Assembly (NCBI GenBank): GCA_010093605.1
Contig: MU004189.1
Span: 1,061,834-1,125,833 of the forward strand
Length of the DNA stretch: 64,000 nt
Direction of reading: 5' to 3'
From: Lophium mytilinum
Lineage: Eukaryota
The notes beneath the pieces are model-generated. The model was not told the DNA's origin and made no database searches. It worked only from the letters and a program-made list of their open reading frames with translations. Position numbers and translations under genes: made by a program. Shown here one piece after another: positions 38,006-50,588 of the stretch. Position 1 is the stretch's first letter; the number at the start of each line of letters is the position of its first letter.

Positions 38006-40868
38006 ATTCTAAGGTCTTTAAATATCTAGTATGGGAGTTGAGGCCGGGTCTTTGGAACTGAGTACCCGTATTTTCTACTCAATTCTGTAAGCGGGATCGG
38101 TGCCGAGTGTGTATTGAAGTTAATTGGAGTTTGTTAAGGGCGGGTTGATACTTGCAAGTAAAGCTATTGCGCAAGTAGCCCAGAATCGATGTTGTCGCGA
38201 TAGGTGAATCTACGATTTGGTATAGGGATGGCCCCAAGAAACTCGGGTTGCTGACACGGACAACACCACTGGCTTCCGTTCAATTGACAAAAAGATTTGA
38301 ATGTCACGCTAGAGTCTTGGGCTAGGGATAATGCTCACAGGTTCCGGGGAAGACAACCGTCAGGCCGTCTTCGCTGGCCCGGCTCGGCTGCTTAGCGTGT
38401 CGCTACGACCGCCAATAACAGTCAAGGAGGCCGCCCCTAGGCAGCAAGGCAGCAATACCCCCAGCTGAGGTTTGCCTTCTTTTTGTGACCCACTCTACCG
38501 GCTATATCTTGACCAGCTAGTGCCGCAAGAGCTGATACGGTTCGCGCAATTTGAAGCAGGATATGGATTGAGAATACGTTAAATTCCCGATTGCAGGCCT
38601 GCAGACCGAGTAAGACGACTGCGTTATGACATGCCAAACAAGAGATCGGAAGGTTTTTTTCTTTCAATCCAATTTCTCGGTTTTACCTATCTTTGACAGG
38701 CTCAACCGGGACCCACTCAATCGCAATATCTGCTGCGCGCAACCCGAGTCGACCACTGTAGATTTGCTCAGCACGACAGAAGACCCTTGCAGGAACCTAC
38801 TTCTTTTGGTCGTGGCAATGCAGGGGTTTGAGTCTTTGTGCCCTACCTAAAGATGCGAACTGCAGACTGAATTTCAGATAAATAACAATGCCTCTACAGG
38901 TAATAGAAGATGAGTAAATAGATCTGGGCCATGCAAAGACGGTTCTCTTGATAGACGGTATTCCTGCAAGGGTGTTATTAGACTACAGTAAGAAAATGGC
39001 GGCAAAGACGGTTCCTGCTTCACTAATGAAACTCGAAGATACCCGTAGTGCTAAGCTGGGGTATGCCGGCCGGGTACTTATGTAACATAGTAAACCTGTA
39101 TCAGGTGTTACGCATGTGGGTCTCGTCAGCTATAAAGCCGCCAGAATGAGCTACCAGTGAGCCTTGTCGCTAATTGGCTCGCCTCAGCCTTGTAGTCTGA
39201 CCACGGCCACACCGAGAACAATGCATGAAGATCCTCTGCGTTTCAACGTAATCGCCTCACTTGAGTATGCCCGCCCAGCTGATACGGGGGACTGGACCAA
39301 TCCTGCTAAACGACCTTGCCAGTCCTAGTCCTAGCACAGCTATGCCAACTTGGCAACCCCTGTACCCCGGTCCGAGGGAAGGTGATTAGCCAATTAATGT
39401 CGAGCGCTGAGCTAGGGGTTAAAGATCCCTTAAATAGCCAAGACTTGGACGCAATATATCCAGGGGATCTTAAGTGCGGCACGGGGAGGACCGATACGGT
39501 GATATATAGCGCGGATTACGCCCGGCCTGAAATTTTCAAGCCGTTCCATGAAATTTAGCAGGATCGAGTTGGAGCAACTGGTGAAGATCATTATCAGAGG
39601 CATTTTCGAACGCATTCAAAGCCGACGTGAGGGTATCCATAGTGCGCGCTTAAGTGATTAGGAGAAGGATGGAGAAAGATCAAAGTACACCTCATATTCC
39701 GCCACGATGCCGCGCTTCATAGGCCCAATCATGTTAGTTTCTCTTAGAGACAGTCTCCAAGAGAAACTAACCTTATAGGCTCGCCTACGAACCCCGACTA
39801 TCACAACACGCCCCTGTTTGCTTGGCCCTATCATATCGTCCGCTCTTGGAGACTATCTCCAGGAGAAAGAACCGTACTGGGCCGCCTGCGAAACCCCGAC
39901 AACACCGACTATCACAACACGCCGCTATCTATTCGTGTGTGCTTGCTCCAGGCTCTCCTGGTCCACTAGTTCATGTCTTAGAAGAGACCGGCTGCGCATC
40001 GCAGACTTGAAAGATTGTCAGCCACTTCAACCCCTGTTGTTAACACCTGGTGATTATTGGATGCCAGGATGCCTGTGCAAGACATTATAGGATTTCTTTC
40101 CTACGGCATGCTTACTAGTTCTCAGGTAGGGGTATGCCGGCCGGGGTGTTCATTGACATGGCATACCTGGATCAGGTATTGTGCATGAGGGTATCACCCG
40201 CCACCATTCCTCAATCTCCCAGGGCGTCGAGATGTGTCGCTGATTGGCTGGTTGTCTTCCTCGGGAAGGCAACTGACCTATCAATGTCACTCCGTCTCTA
40301 CTCTCCTGGGAGATGCCACGGACTGACAACGGCGACGGACTGAGATCGAAGCAATTCTCGACTCGCATTCATACACCTATCAGATTAGCCAGGAATTCCC
40401 GCTAATGCATTCTCTTTCAACGTAGATCGCTGCATCGCGTGCCCTGTGTCCCTGGGGGCTCCTCAGTATGATCTCCACGCGGTACGCCTCGCCCATTCTG
40501 AGCAATCCGAGTCAACATCCACACAGCGCACCAGTGAGAAGGCGACGCGATCACACAAATTGACTGCATACGCCTTGTTTTGCGCTGCATGACTTCTCGC
40601 GGGCGCCGAGGATCTGAAACGTAGTTATCTCGTGCGCGCTAAGGCTATACGAGGAGAAATGGCTTGCATCTTGGCACAGCAATTCTTAGGCCTAAGGCTG
40701 TGCCCTCCCACGGTGCACATAGTTCTGGCCTCCCTTCAAGCCGTTACCCACTTCAAAAAATTGAAGACGCCAAGGTTCGACATTCTTTTGCCAAACCAGA
40801 GCAAGTATCTTGAGCACCCTTTGGGAGCCCCATGGTAACAGTGACTAGTATCGCCCCAAGTAAATACC

Positions 40869-41263
40869 ATGGCCTGCACCAACGCGACTGAAGCCACTGA
40901 AGAGAACTTTGAATCTATTAGATTTGACTTGCGACCTGTGTCTCAGGCAGTGACCGGTTCCAATGTGACGGCGGGAGACGGAGTTCAGGTAAACTCCATC
41001 CAAAACGACTGAAGGCAATGGCTAATGATATTCTCCATGACAAGAAGGACTGCTCCTTAAACGGCGATAACCAGCAGAACGGCACCAGCGCTGGGATCGC
41101 CAGCGTAGACTTCCTCGAAAGTCTCCGCAAGCTTGATCAAGGCCCCGCCGGATCATACGCCCTAGCCCGCTGGAGTACTGAGACCCCAAAAGAAGAGCAC
41201 TGGAATGCTGTGGGACGATTCGGCTCGGATAATAGTGTCAAGGAGAACGAGTCGAAGTTGTAG
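40869..41263 (+). CDS. RW-x9-W microprotein copy 7 (~112 aa); exons 40869-40988, 41045-41263
   Basis: ATACCATG start; phase-0 GTAAAC..GCTAAT..AAG intron; motif GSYALARWSTETPKEEHWNAVGRF. Confidence 0.8.
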
Positions 41264-41999
41264 TTGTGGTTGCGGCTGTATCGAGAGCTTGAGTCGTGGA
41301 TAGTCTCGAAAGTGGATGTTGGTGAAATGTGGCGACCGACTTATATGGATATCAAACGTACTCGGACTGGATCACCGCTCACATGGAAACGATTTCTTGA
41401 GACTTGAAGCAATGAAGCTTGTTGCCCGATGGAAGTTCCCTTCGGCAGAATACGGGACGTGTGTCAAGTGACTTCCATCGTGGAGCTGATGTATCGATAT
41501 TTGCGCAAGTAAAAGACCAGAGTTCGATATTCAGAAACCACTTTTTTCCGGGGCTTCCGTGCATTCTACTCCCTGATTTTGCCACCGTCGGCGTAGCTGA
41601 TGCTTAAGCATCGTGAGTTGTCCTGCAACCTAACGCCGCTAGTTTGGGCCGCAGCCGTGCTGGAATCCATGATTACTAGAAAATCAGTCGAAACTCTGGG
41701 AACGAACCGCATCCTACCATTGCGCGTTGATGGGAACAAGAGAGGGGGTGGTGGTGAACGTCGGATGCCGCTAGGTCGGCCAAACGCCCAACACCCTCAC
41801 TACACCCTCGCCCTCAATACTAGTCATGCGTATAAAGTTCGCCAACCATATCGCTAGTAAGCCTCGCTGCCAGGTGCATGGCCTGCGTCGGATGCAGAGC
41901 CTGGTCGTCGCAGTGACTGTACCTTATTATATAGTTAGCACGTAACTATAGTCTAGAACCGACTTTGGGCGCTTATAAAAGGGATAATATAAGGCAGAA

Positions 42000-42545
42000 A
42001 TTAAGAATAATAGTATAGCTACTAAAGCGCGTTGAGACGAGCGAAGATTGCAACATGGTGATATAAGCGACCAACATATAGGCTTTTCTTAGCGGCTTTG
42101 CTGTACCAGAAGCGAGCGACTCCTGCACGTCTTACCATCACGCAAGTTCCTCGTCCTCAATGATCTTGCAGATCCTCGTCCTCAATAGCCATGCGGTACC
42201 GACCAAGATCTCCTAGACACTCGATCCAGGTATCTTCGAATGTGGGCACCGTTTCGTAGAGCATAGACATCATCTGGTAGGCCAGCTCTTCGGCTCCGAA
42301 ATGAGAGGCCGGAATGAGGCATCGCGCGCAACCCACCAAAATGAATACAACTTACCTCAATGTTAATCGATTTTTATTATAAGAATTGATAATGTAAGGC
42401 GAGTTAAGAGAATCTACCTCTATCTATTCTAGGAAAGTTTGCAATATATTCGGGTACGTTATCTTCATATTAGTGGGGTGGGCGCGATACCTCATTCCGG
42501 CCTCTCATTTCGGAGCCGAAGGGGCCAGATAGATGAACGCTATGA
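42000..42545 (-). pseudogene. Est1/SMG6-7-like pseudogene fragment B, split by a MITE
   Basis: AFIYLA|MITE|YQMMSMLYETVPTFEDTWIECLGDLGRYRMAIEDEDL, a local duplication/frameshift, then AGVARFWYSKAAKKSLYVGRLYHHVAIFARLNAL**LYYYS with CAG->TAG-type stops. Confidence 0.82.
42286..42523. mobile_element. 238-bp MITE with ~60-bp TIRs and 5-bp TSD (GCCAG)
   Basis: GCCAG|CTCTTCGGCTCCGAAATGAGAGGCCGGAATGAGG ... CCTCATTCCGGCCTCTCATTTCGGAGCCGAAGGG|GCCAG. Removing the element and one TSD restores the Est1-like frame. Confidence 0.88.
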
Positions 42546-44274
42546 GAGAGCATAGCTTTATCCGGCAGTATAAGCCAAGAATAAACCCGCATTTGGGCAC
42601 ACTGACGGAATGTTAGTACCTAAATATTCCTACTCTTCAACGCCTCGTACAAAGGTAATAACCCGGGGCGCCCGTGAAGGGTGAGATGCCGCTCTTATAT
42701 GCACGGCGCAGCGTTGGGGCCGTCGATCCCAGGGTGTCGCGCTGCGGGTGAATGCCCAGGCACTGGCCGGCTGGGGCAGCTCGTCTTGTGCTCTTGACCA
42801 CGCCCGCCTTCCTACCTTTGAGACGGCCCATGATAAGGTGTGATGCACGCTTCATTGATCCGTCCTATTTACTTCAAATCATCTCTATACCTGCTACATC
42901 GAGGTATTATGAGAAGCATGTTGCTTCACTTTAATAAGATCTGCGCAATGTGTGATCTGCAAATGTGGGACCTGCAACACTGACGGATAGAATCCTCTTG
43001 TATTTTCCAAACCTTGCAACCTTGAACGACAGCGACCGAATAGGATCGTCTTTGGTCTTAACCCCTGCAGCCTTGCAGGACGGCAGATCAGAAAGCCTGA
43101 CGAACCAAATCATCTCCTGCCTTTTGATATTATCACGGACTGAGTGTGCCAGGATTATCCGCAATCGATGATCTTGGAACAAGTTGACTTCCTTGAATCT
43201 TGCCGCTCTGCTGATTAATCTTTAGCTCTCACGGTATGCAAACCTAGACCAACGTATCGTATGCGACCTCAATTTGGCAGTTCCGCGTTGGCATTCCAAC
43301 GACATCTGCGCAGGCTGACTACTGCCAATGAGCGAGGAAGCACCTAGCGAGGGAGCCCACCTTGAGAGCTGCATTTCGCCCTTCTTTGAGGAGACAACTT
43401 AGCACAGCCGACACCGCAGCTTTTGGCATCGAATCAAAACCTATACTTGAGTCAGCTTGACGGCCATCCTGAACTCGGCCCACTTTGCCTTTTCAACATG
43501 TATGTCTGCCTTCTTTGCGCATCCTGTAGATTCAGTAAAGTTACACCATTCATCTCGTGGTGGGCGTGCGGATGCCCATGGGAAGGATGATGCCGCGCAG
43601 TCTCTAAGGAGGCATATTGGCACAGCGGCACCGAATTCGCCTTTCGGACATCGCGCTAAGCCGGGACGAATGGGATCGTAACTTTTCTCCAAGATAAGGT
43701 TTTGCCGGAACGTCGAGGAAGGCTGAACGTTAGGCCACCCATTCCCTCCTCAGTTCTGCACCCTGGACGAGATCCATATGCACAACACCTGATCTAAGTT
43801 TGCCACGTCTAACCAAACAGCTCCAATACCGTGCAGGGAGTGGTACCGTTCAATGCACGCATCTCGCGTAGGCCTGTTCAATTGCATTCCCTTCGAACGA
43901 CCGCTCCGGAACGCCTGAAAAACCAAGGTCAGAAGGTCATGTGTATAGGTAGGAGCATGCAGAAGACCCTAGCAGCGATTTCTGCACTGATTCAATCCGA
44001 CGAGCTGACGTGTCCTGATCGCGCAAGTATTCGTAGACATAAAGATAGGCTCCCGCACCTTCTGGGTGGGTTGTATTGCTCCGCTTCGAATCGCACCTAG
44101 GCGTCGCTCAGCTCCCGAAACCATCTCTTTCTCGAATAAGTAGGCACGTAGTCTCGTAAGCTCCTTATATGAAACGCAGTTCGCGAGCGCTGATAGACCC
44201 GAATCAGCATTCCCGTCGGCAACAAGACCACGACCCAAACGAACGGCGCCGAAAAGCCGAACATAGATGATGAT

Positions 44275-44607
44275 ATGGATTCTCAGTCCTCTCCTCAAGC
44301 TAGGGCATCCGGAAACGAGGTTGCACATGTGTCTGCTAGGGTACGTGTTATCTACACGAACCACCCAACAGTCTTGCAAAGGCCAACGCTGATTGAAGGC
44401 TCTCATGTCTTTTAGGATCCTGCAGCTAGCAGCAGCTTTCATCAGGGTCTTCGTCACCTACACGAAAACGCAGAAGGAGAGCTCGCAACTACTCGTTGGC
44501 TGTCGGAAGCCCCGAATGATGAACACTGGAACGCAGTTGCGCGGCTAGGTACCGCCAAGCAGGAGCAGAACGCCCCAAGCGACGTCGACGGGGAACCTGA
44601 GATCTGA
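44275..44607 (+). CDS. RW-x9-W microprotein copy 8 (85 aa); exons 44275-44340, 44416-44607; probable 5'UTR intron 44156-44207
   Basis: Phase-0 GTACGT..TTTTAG intron; motif GELATTRWLSEAPNDEHWNAVARL. The start codon is less certain. Confidence 0.72.
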
Positions 44608-44984
44608 ACGCCATAAACGCGTTTTGCTGGGTGGGACTCGGGCAGTGGTCCTGTCTCGCTGAATGTGTTCTTCGTGAGCTTTTGGCTTGTGTCGGGGGAG
44701 GTTGCCGGTAGAAGTGTCGACTTGGCTTTCAAAATACGACGACAGGTCTTCTAGGTTTTCTTCGCAAATCCGATTAATCTAAAATCTTTACGCTATTTGG
44801 GTGTTCGACACTGGAGCGCGTTCCGACGCAGAGGTCGCATCACGTGATCCATGCGTGGAGAGACTTTTGATCAAACGTCCAAGCCCTCTGAAATGGATTG
44901 AGGCTTTGATTCCGGTATACTGTGCGGCTCCATTGGTATCGACTCGGATGGATAAAGAGGACGTTGTCAGGAAGATTATCATAG

Positions 44985-45323
44985 CTTCATCTTCATGTCT
45001 TCCTCTGTGGTGGGTCGTATTCGATATCCGGGAACAATGTCCTTTTAAATAGCCAACTAAGTTGCCAATGCCAGTTTGCGGATTGTAACATTGTCCGACG
45101 CAGAAATCTGCGCCAACACCCGCAGTGAGCCCGCATGTTCTTCCGGGTCCTCGTTGATGAGACCAGCCAGCCTTGCCAACTCTTCCTTTGCTTGCAGTAT
45201 CTGTTGCTTCAGAGGGACCTTGGGCTCCTCTGGCAGTGGTTCCTCCTCCTCCTCCTCCTCACTGCCATCAACTCCACCTCCGGAACCTAAGAAACTATTC
45301 GATTCCTCGGCCGCAGTCTTCAA
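44985..45323 (-). pseudogene. NOC3: Fragment of nucleolar complex protein Noc3 gene
   Basis: EEPKVPLKQQILQAKEELARLAGLINEDPEEHAG...IRKLALAT*LAI*KDIVPGYRIRP matches the Noc3 N-terminal region; in-frame stops; truncated at both ends. Confidence 0.75.
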
Positions 45324-47179
45324 TGATGTACCTAAGTTTCAGTTAGCAACTGCATAGCTATGACACTGATTTGACCTACGTCAAGTACACCAAAGAGTCT
45401 CAGCCCATATCTTTTAAGCCAGTCTAGGCTCTGACTACCCTGCATGGCACCTTATTGCATGAGCATCATGACTTTTTTCTAGCTTCTCAGTATCCCTCTA
45501 GCCTTCCTACTTTATGAAGTCTAAAATCGTAGTATTTCCTGCCATTATACAGCTGGAACCTCGATGTACATCCTGGGACCTTTAACGACATTTGTCCCTT
45601 CCAGGTGCGCCAGGACAACCTCTTGTCCTCAAACCGTTCTCAGAGTGGAGGACAACTTGATCGGACGCCCGGGTTGGCTTTGGGCAGCATTCGATGACCA
45701 TTGTGAATGAATATCTTGGACAGTAACAACCTGGACCGGAGTAGCTCGTTTTCGTTAAAGCAGAGCGGCTGACAAAGTCTATGAGGTGGTCGCCGTCTGG
45801 CTTGGGCAATACAATGTGCGATGAAGTGGCCTGATTTTCGAGAACTATACGCAATTGCATGCGCAATTGGGGTCTGTCGGGAACGCAGTTTTAGGGACGG
45901 GGCGGTGAGCAACGGAGACAATGCTAGCCTTGTGGACTACTATCTTCGTGCCCTTGTGTCTCTCTTGATTAAAACATCACGCTAAAGTGATAAGGCTGAG
46001 CATTCAGGCAGGCGGCCTATTCGAGGATATCAAGCGGTGAGCCACAGGAACGTTGACATTCTGTCAAGTCATCTTGATATGGCGGATACAAGCTGCAAGG
46101 CTGAAAATTCGACCAATCATATCTTTGCGTAGCAACAGGTCCTTCCTACCAGGGTAAGCGCCAACGCAATCCCAGAAGATGGTAGAGCGGGTGGCTCAAT
46201 ATTGCCGACCGCCCGTGCATCAGTGAGCGCTTGATTGGATGCCTTCTTCGAGGACACCGATGATCCAGCCATTCGTCCTCTCCAACCCGTCGCAACACTT
46301 CGCATGACTGCCATAGAGGTGCAGCGCTGAGAGCTTGGTTCGTTGAAGCATATAGAGCAGCGTAATGACGGCAACGAAATCAACGATCGTAGGAAGCGCG
46401 GCCTCGATTGTGTTCGCCGTTGACGCGCTGGAAGCAGAGCCGGAGAGTAGGAAGCCGGAGCTTGATGAGATTCTTGGCACATAGCGGCATAGGCCCAATC
46501 ATGGCCAAAAAGAGCCAGGTCAGCAACAAACCTCAACCAGGACATCCTTGATTCTGAGCGGCGTTTTGCCCCATTGACCTTCTGACGCATTGAGTTCGAA
46601 AGTCCACAGCTCCATTCCAATAGCTGGCCCGCATTCGCTGCACCATGGACTGGGGTGGGCAAGTCCCGGTGCAGCCGGAGAACGCCTGCTAATTGGCGTA
46701 CGGCCATATTGAATTGGCCACGATCCGTGCCGGAGTGCATCGCCAGACCGGGCCTGTCCCATTTGGTCCTCGCGGGGGAAATCAGCAGCGGGTTTCAAGG
46801 CGTTGAAACGACATCAGCAGAGCGCTTGGCTGAGAGGGCTGCCACATCATCCCGTTCTACGCGTGAGCCTGTAGGTAGGAGGCCCATGTTTGCAAACTTA
46901 TGGAACTTGGGAACTGTAATTGGCGCAAAAGTGCGTCGGACAACCGCCTCGCCGACTAAATAGCTACACAAAAGCAGGCTTGAGTTGCGAACCGTGTTGT
47001 CGTTGGGAGTATAAGAGGGAACGATTTCCCATCAGGAGTGACGGCGTCTTTCATCCTTTCCCACCACATCGATCTTCTCCGGGATTGTCCATCCGAACTC
47101 GACTTTAGACACGCTTTTCTTTCGAAAGATCTCTCGGTTTCATCGATCGATCTCTCGGTCTCATCAATCGATCCTGACT

Positions 47180-47448
47180 ATGACACAACCACAGAGCACC
47201 ACCGAGACAGCTCGCCCCGGTGATACCGCACCGATCGGCAACGGCCCTCCAACGAAATCGGAGGTAGGTGTACATGTCCACACTCTTTGCCTCCTGAGTG
47301 ACTGAGTTCTTTATAGCCAAATGTTTCCTCGGATGACGTGAAGGGCTATTCCATGGCCCGATGGCTGGACGAGAAGCCAAAAGACGAGGCATGGAGCACT
47401 GAGGGCTTGTTCAGTCGGACTGATGAGCGGCCGGTGGATGATTTTTGA
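47180..47448 (+). CDS. RW-x9-W microprotein copy 9 (71 aa); exons 47180-47263, 47317-47448
   Basis: Phase-0 GTAGGT..TAG intron; motif KGYSMARWLDEKPKDEAWSTEGLF; TATAAG at 47010. Confidence 0.8.
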
Positions 47449-50286
47449 GCCCAGCCGGAGAAGGCGTAGCCAGGAATGAAGGCCTCCATGTTGCGCAAGC
47501 GAATTAGTGTTTTCAAGTGTGGTAGCCTGTGAGCCCATGATGTAGCTCTGGAATGATGGAGTGTAGTCTGCGTTGAAACAGTATGAAGTATTGGAAGGAA
47601 GATGACGGTCAAAAAGGATTAAAACTCAGAAGACGGAAAGGATTCAATTTAAAAGACATAATGGATGAAAACCTGCCTGTATGAATACCATGCCTCCAAC
47701 GATGCTTTACCATCCTCCTCCGCCTCCTCCACATGTTCGCGGCCTTCCTTACTTCCTAATACCGCCGCTGGCCCTTCCAATCCCTTCATTGAAAGTCTGG
47801 ATTGGTGTGTGTAGACGAGGGTATCGGAGCGAATAGCCATGGGAACAACTCCTCCTCCTCCACGTCCTGTTCCTCCACCCCCTATCTTCACCGTTAACCG
47901 CAGTTCTAGTAATAACCTCTTCCAATCAGACACTTCTATAACCCCAAAGAGAATATATGGTCAAGCGGGCTTGCAGCGATAACGATCTTATACCTCCATG
48001 GTACTCTAGGGAGACGGATCCAGACGGCGATAGGTATAGGAGAGTCCTCGTATGTAAAGGTAGTACGTATGTGCCATTTCAAGGTGCATTTGCAACCAAC
48101 TTGGCGATCTCCATGTGGCTCCGTGCAAGATTTGTTAGTGGATGCAAGGCGTACGCGACGTGCCTGCCACCGAGAAAGGCCCACTATGCCTTGAAAACCA
48201 CATCAGCAGGCCCTAGGCATGTCAGATGGCCCGACATCGAGCTACCAGGATCGGCTCCCCAGTTGGCGGCAAGGCCTGGGTCTACGGGGGCGGAGGAATA
48301 GAAAAACAGAAACTCCACGCGTAGCATGGGCTGAGAAGCCACGCTTTGAAAGAAGATGAAACATGGAGTACCCGAGACGTCTGAGTCATAGACAAACCGA
48401 GTGGAATAGCGTATCATCGTACACCGCAAGGAGGCTATTCACAAAGAGCCGAAGCCCTTCTCCAGCTGAAGATACCCGACATTTCCGCGGTTCGAGTCTG
48501 AGCCGATTGGTAGAAGAAGGCAAGGTTGCTAGGCATGAATATAAGACGGCAGCGGTGAAGAGTTAGTGGAGATGATTTTCACCGAGCGAGCTGCAGAGCT
48601 GGGTGTTCGATGCAATCAACGTGTGACAGACATGAGCGGTAAAAAGGTATACTTGCAGCAAGAGAGTAAGGGGAGTCGTTTCGACCGTGAAGAGACGGAA
48701 ATTGGAATAGTAAATCCTAAGGGGCATCATTTGTGAGCCGAAATTGGCTGCATGCATGATAACAGGGCGGATAGGAGAGGTTTCAATAACCTATTCCGGA
48801 AACCCTTGCTGGTTGCCGCTAGCTGGCCCGCATGCAGGGACTACGAACGTTCCGAAAGGCTGAAGAAGGCGTCCTGTAAGGAGTGTGGGGCTGAATAATG
48901 ACAGATGAAGTGCTCTGTCCGGTGAGGAAAGCGAACCAGTTGAGCGCCGCGGAGGGCATTCCAGTGCGTGTGCCTAGAAGGCCTCTGGAGAATGATTTGG
49001 GCGAAGCGAAGAACGAGCCCAATTGCGCGCCGCGGAGGGCGCGCCTGCACTCGAATCGTTTACATACTTTTCGAATAGTGGTATGATTACACTCCGACCT
49101 GGCCGAGGGGCCGATCCCCTTACGCCACCCGTTGTGCTTCGGAATATTGAAGCGGGGGCGCCCGGTTTCTACCCGCTGCGCCTCTTCCCACCGCCCACAT
49201 GGCGGTGGGGAAGCTAGCTCATCCAGGTCCATACCGCCGCGTAATTTCGGCCTGACGAAGGTGTGCAGTATGTGAGTTTCGTCTCGGAAAAGTCAGGCTG
49301 TTGTAAATTGGTATGTAGCCTCACTGAAGACCAATGAGGTGCTGAAAGGGGTTGAAATGTGCCACCCGCTGCAGGTGCCGCCCAGGATGGCATCGTGGAC
49401 TTGGAGTGAATGAAATCTCGAAGGCGTTTGTGGTTATTCAGAGAGACATGCATAGAGCTAGAGCGGCGTTTAACGGAATCGATAGGGTTCTCTCCCGCTG
49501 GATCCGTAGCGCGCTATAACGACTACGTTTGTACCAGCCGCTGCGGGCTCCGCCTTGAACATTGCTGGACGCGGGAAACGAGGCGTTAGACGGACAAATT
49601 CCTCAGGATATCGGGCCTATACTCATGTCCGCACGACCGGGTTGCTTCTTGCAAGTCGCTTAAGTTTACAATCAGAACCGACACAAGCTGAAGCTCGGCA
49701 GAGATCATACGTGAATTCTGGCCATCGCCCTGCCCATCTTCCTGCGCCTTGGACTTGTGGAGGCACAAACCGGAAGGTCATAGCTCCATTCTGACTGTGG
49801 GCCTACGCTCATCGTATAGGAAACAAGAGTTCTCCAAGATGTCTCCATGATAGCAGAAAGCTTCCACCAAGCTCTATTAGCTAATTCGTTGAGTATCTTT
49901 CAGATTGCGCAGAAGAGCTGTCCGGTGGTGATCAGGCGACCCGCCACGCGATGTTGAGCTGGAGAGGACCCAGCGTAGAGATACATGCAGCAACCCTGGC
50001 AGGCTCGTATAAATCAGTTGGTGCACAGATACGTTAGACGCCCCGGGTCCAGATCTGTGGCCGTGATGTGACGCACATTTTCGGAGCGCCGTCAAGTCGG
50101 ATGTACTAGGCGTTGCTGCCAAGCACCAATCCAATGTGCACAGGGGTAGTATAAGGTGCATGATATCCCCTCCATATTTGAGGTTTCTTCTTCAGCGCCT
50201 TGCAACAAGCAACCTTCAATTTCCACCTTCATCTCTTTAAATCTGGACTTTTTTCTCCACCGCGATTTCTACCCTTGCCGATTCCC

Positions 50287-50588
50287 ATGGCCGAAAAGAA
50301 GCACACTGAAGAAACGGTCGGTACCGTGAAAGCTGCGGCGCGCAGCTCTTCGTCCCAACCGCAAAAAGCGGTTAGTCTTTCCTTCACCATCCTAAAGTTT
50401 TCCCTAACGTAGTGTTTCAACAACAGAATGGCTCGACCAAGAGCCCGCAGCACTACAGCATGACTCGATGGCTGGAAGGAAATTCAAAGGTTGAACCTTG
50501 GAGCACCGAGGGATGGGGTAGCCTGGTCGAGGGACATAAAGCAGCGGCAAATGTGAGCCTAGTTGTGGAAGATGGGTCCTCAAAGTGA
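50287..50588 (+). CDS. RW-x9-W microprotein copy 10 (81 aa); exons 50287-50370, 50427-50588
   Basis: Phase-0 GTTAGT..CCTAAC..CAG intron; motif QHYSMTRWLEGNSKVEPWSTEGWG; TATAAG at 50150. Confidence 0.8.

Noticed and set aside
42840..43230. Possible decayed protein-coding fragment
   Set aside because: Protein-like composition but multiple stops and no family I can identify.
46117..46740. 207-aa minus-strand ORF and overlapping ORFs
   Set aside because: No recognisable domain or splice structure. It may hide a decayed gene fragment but I cannot support one.
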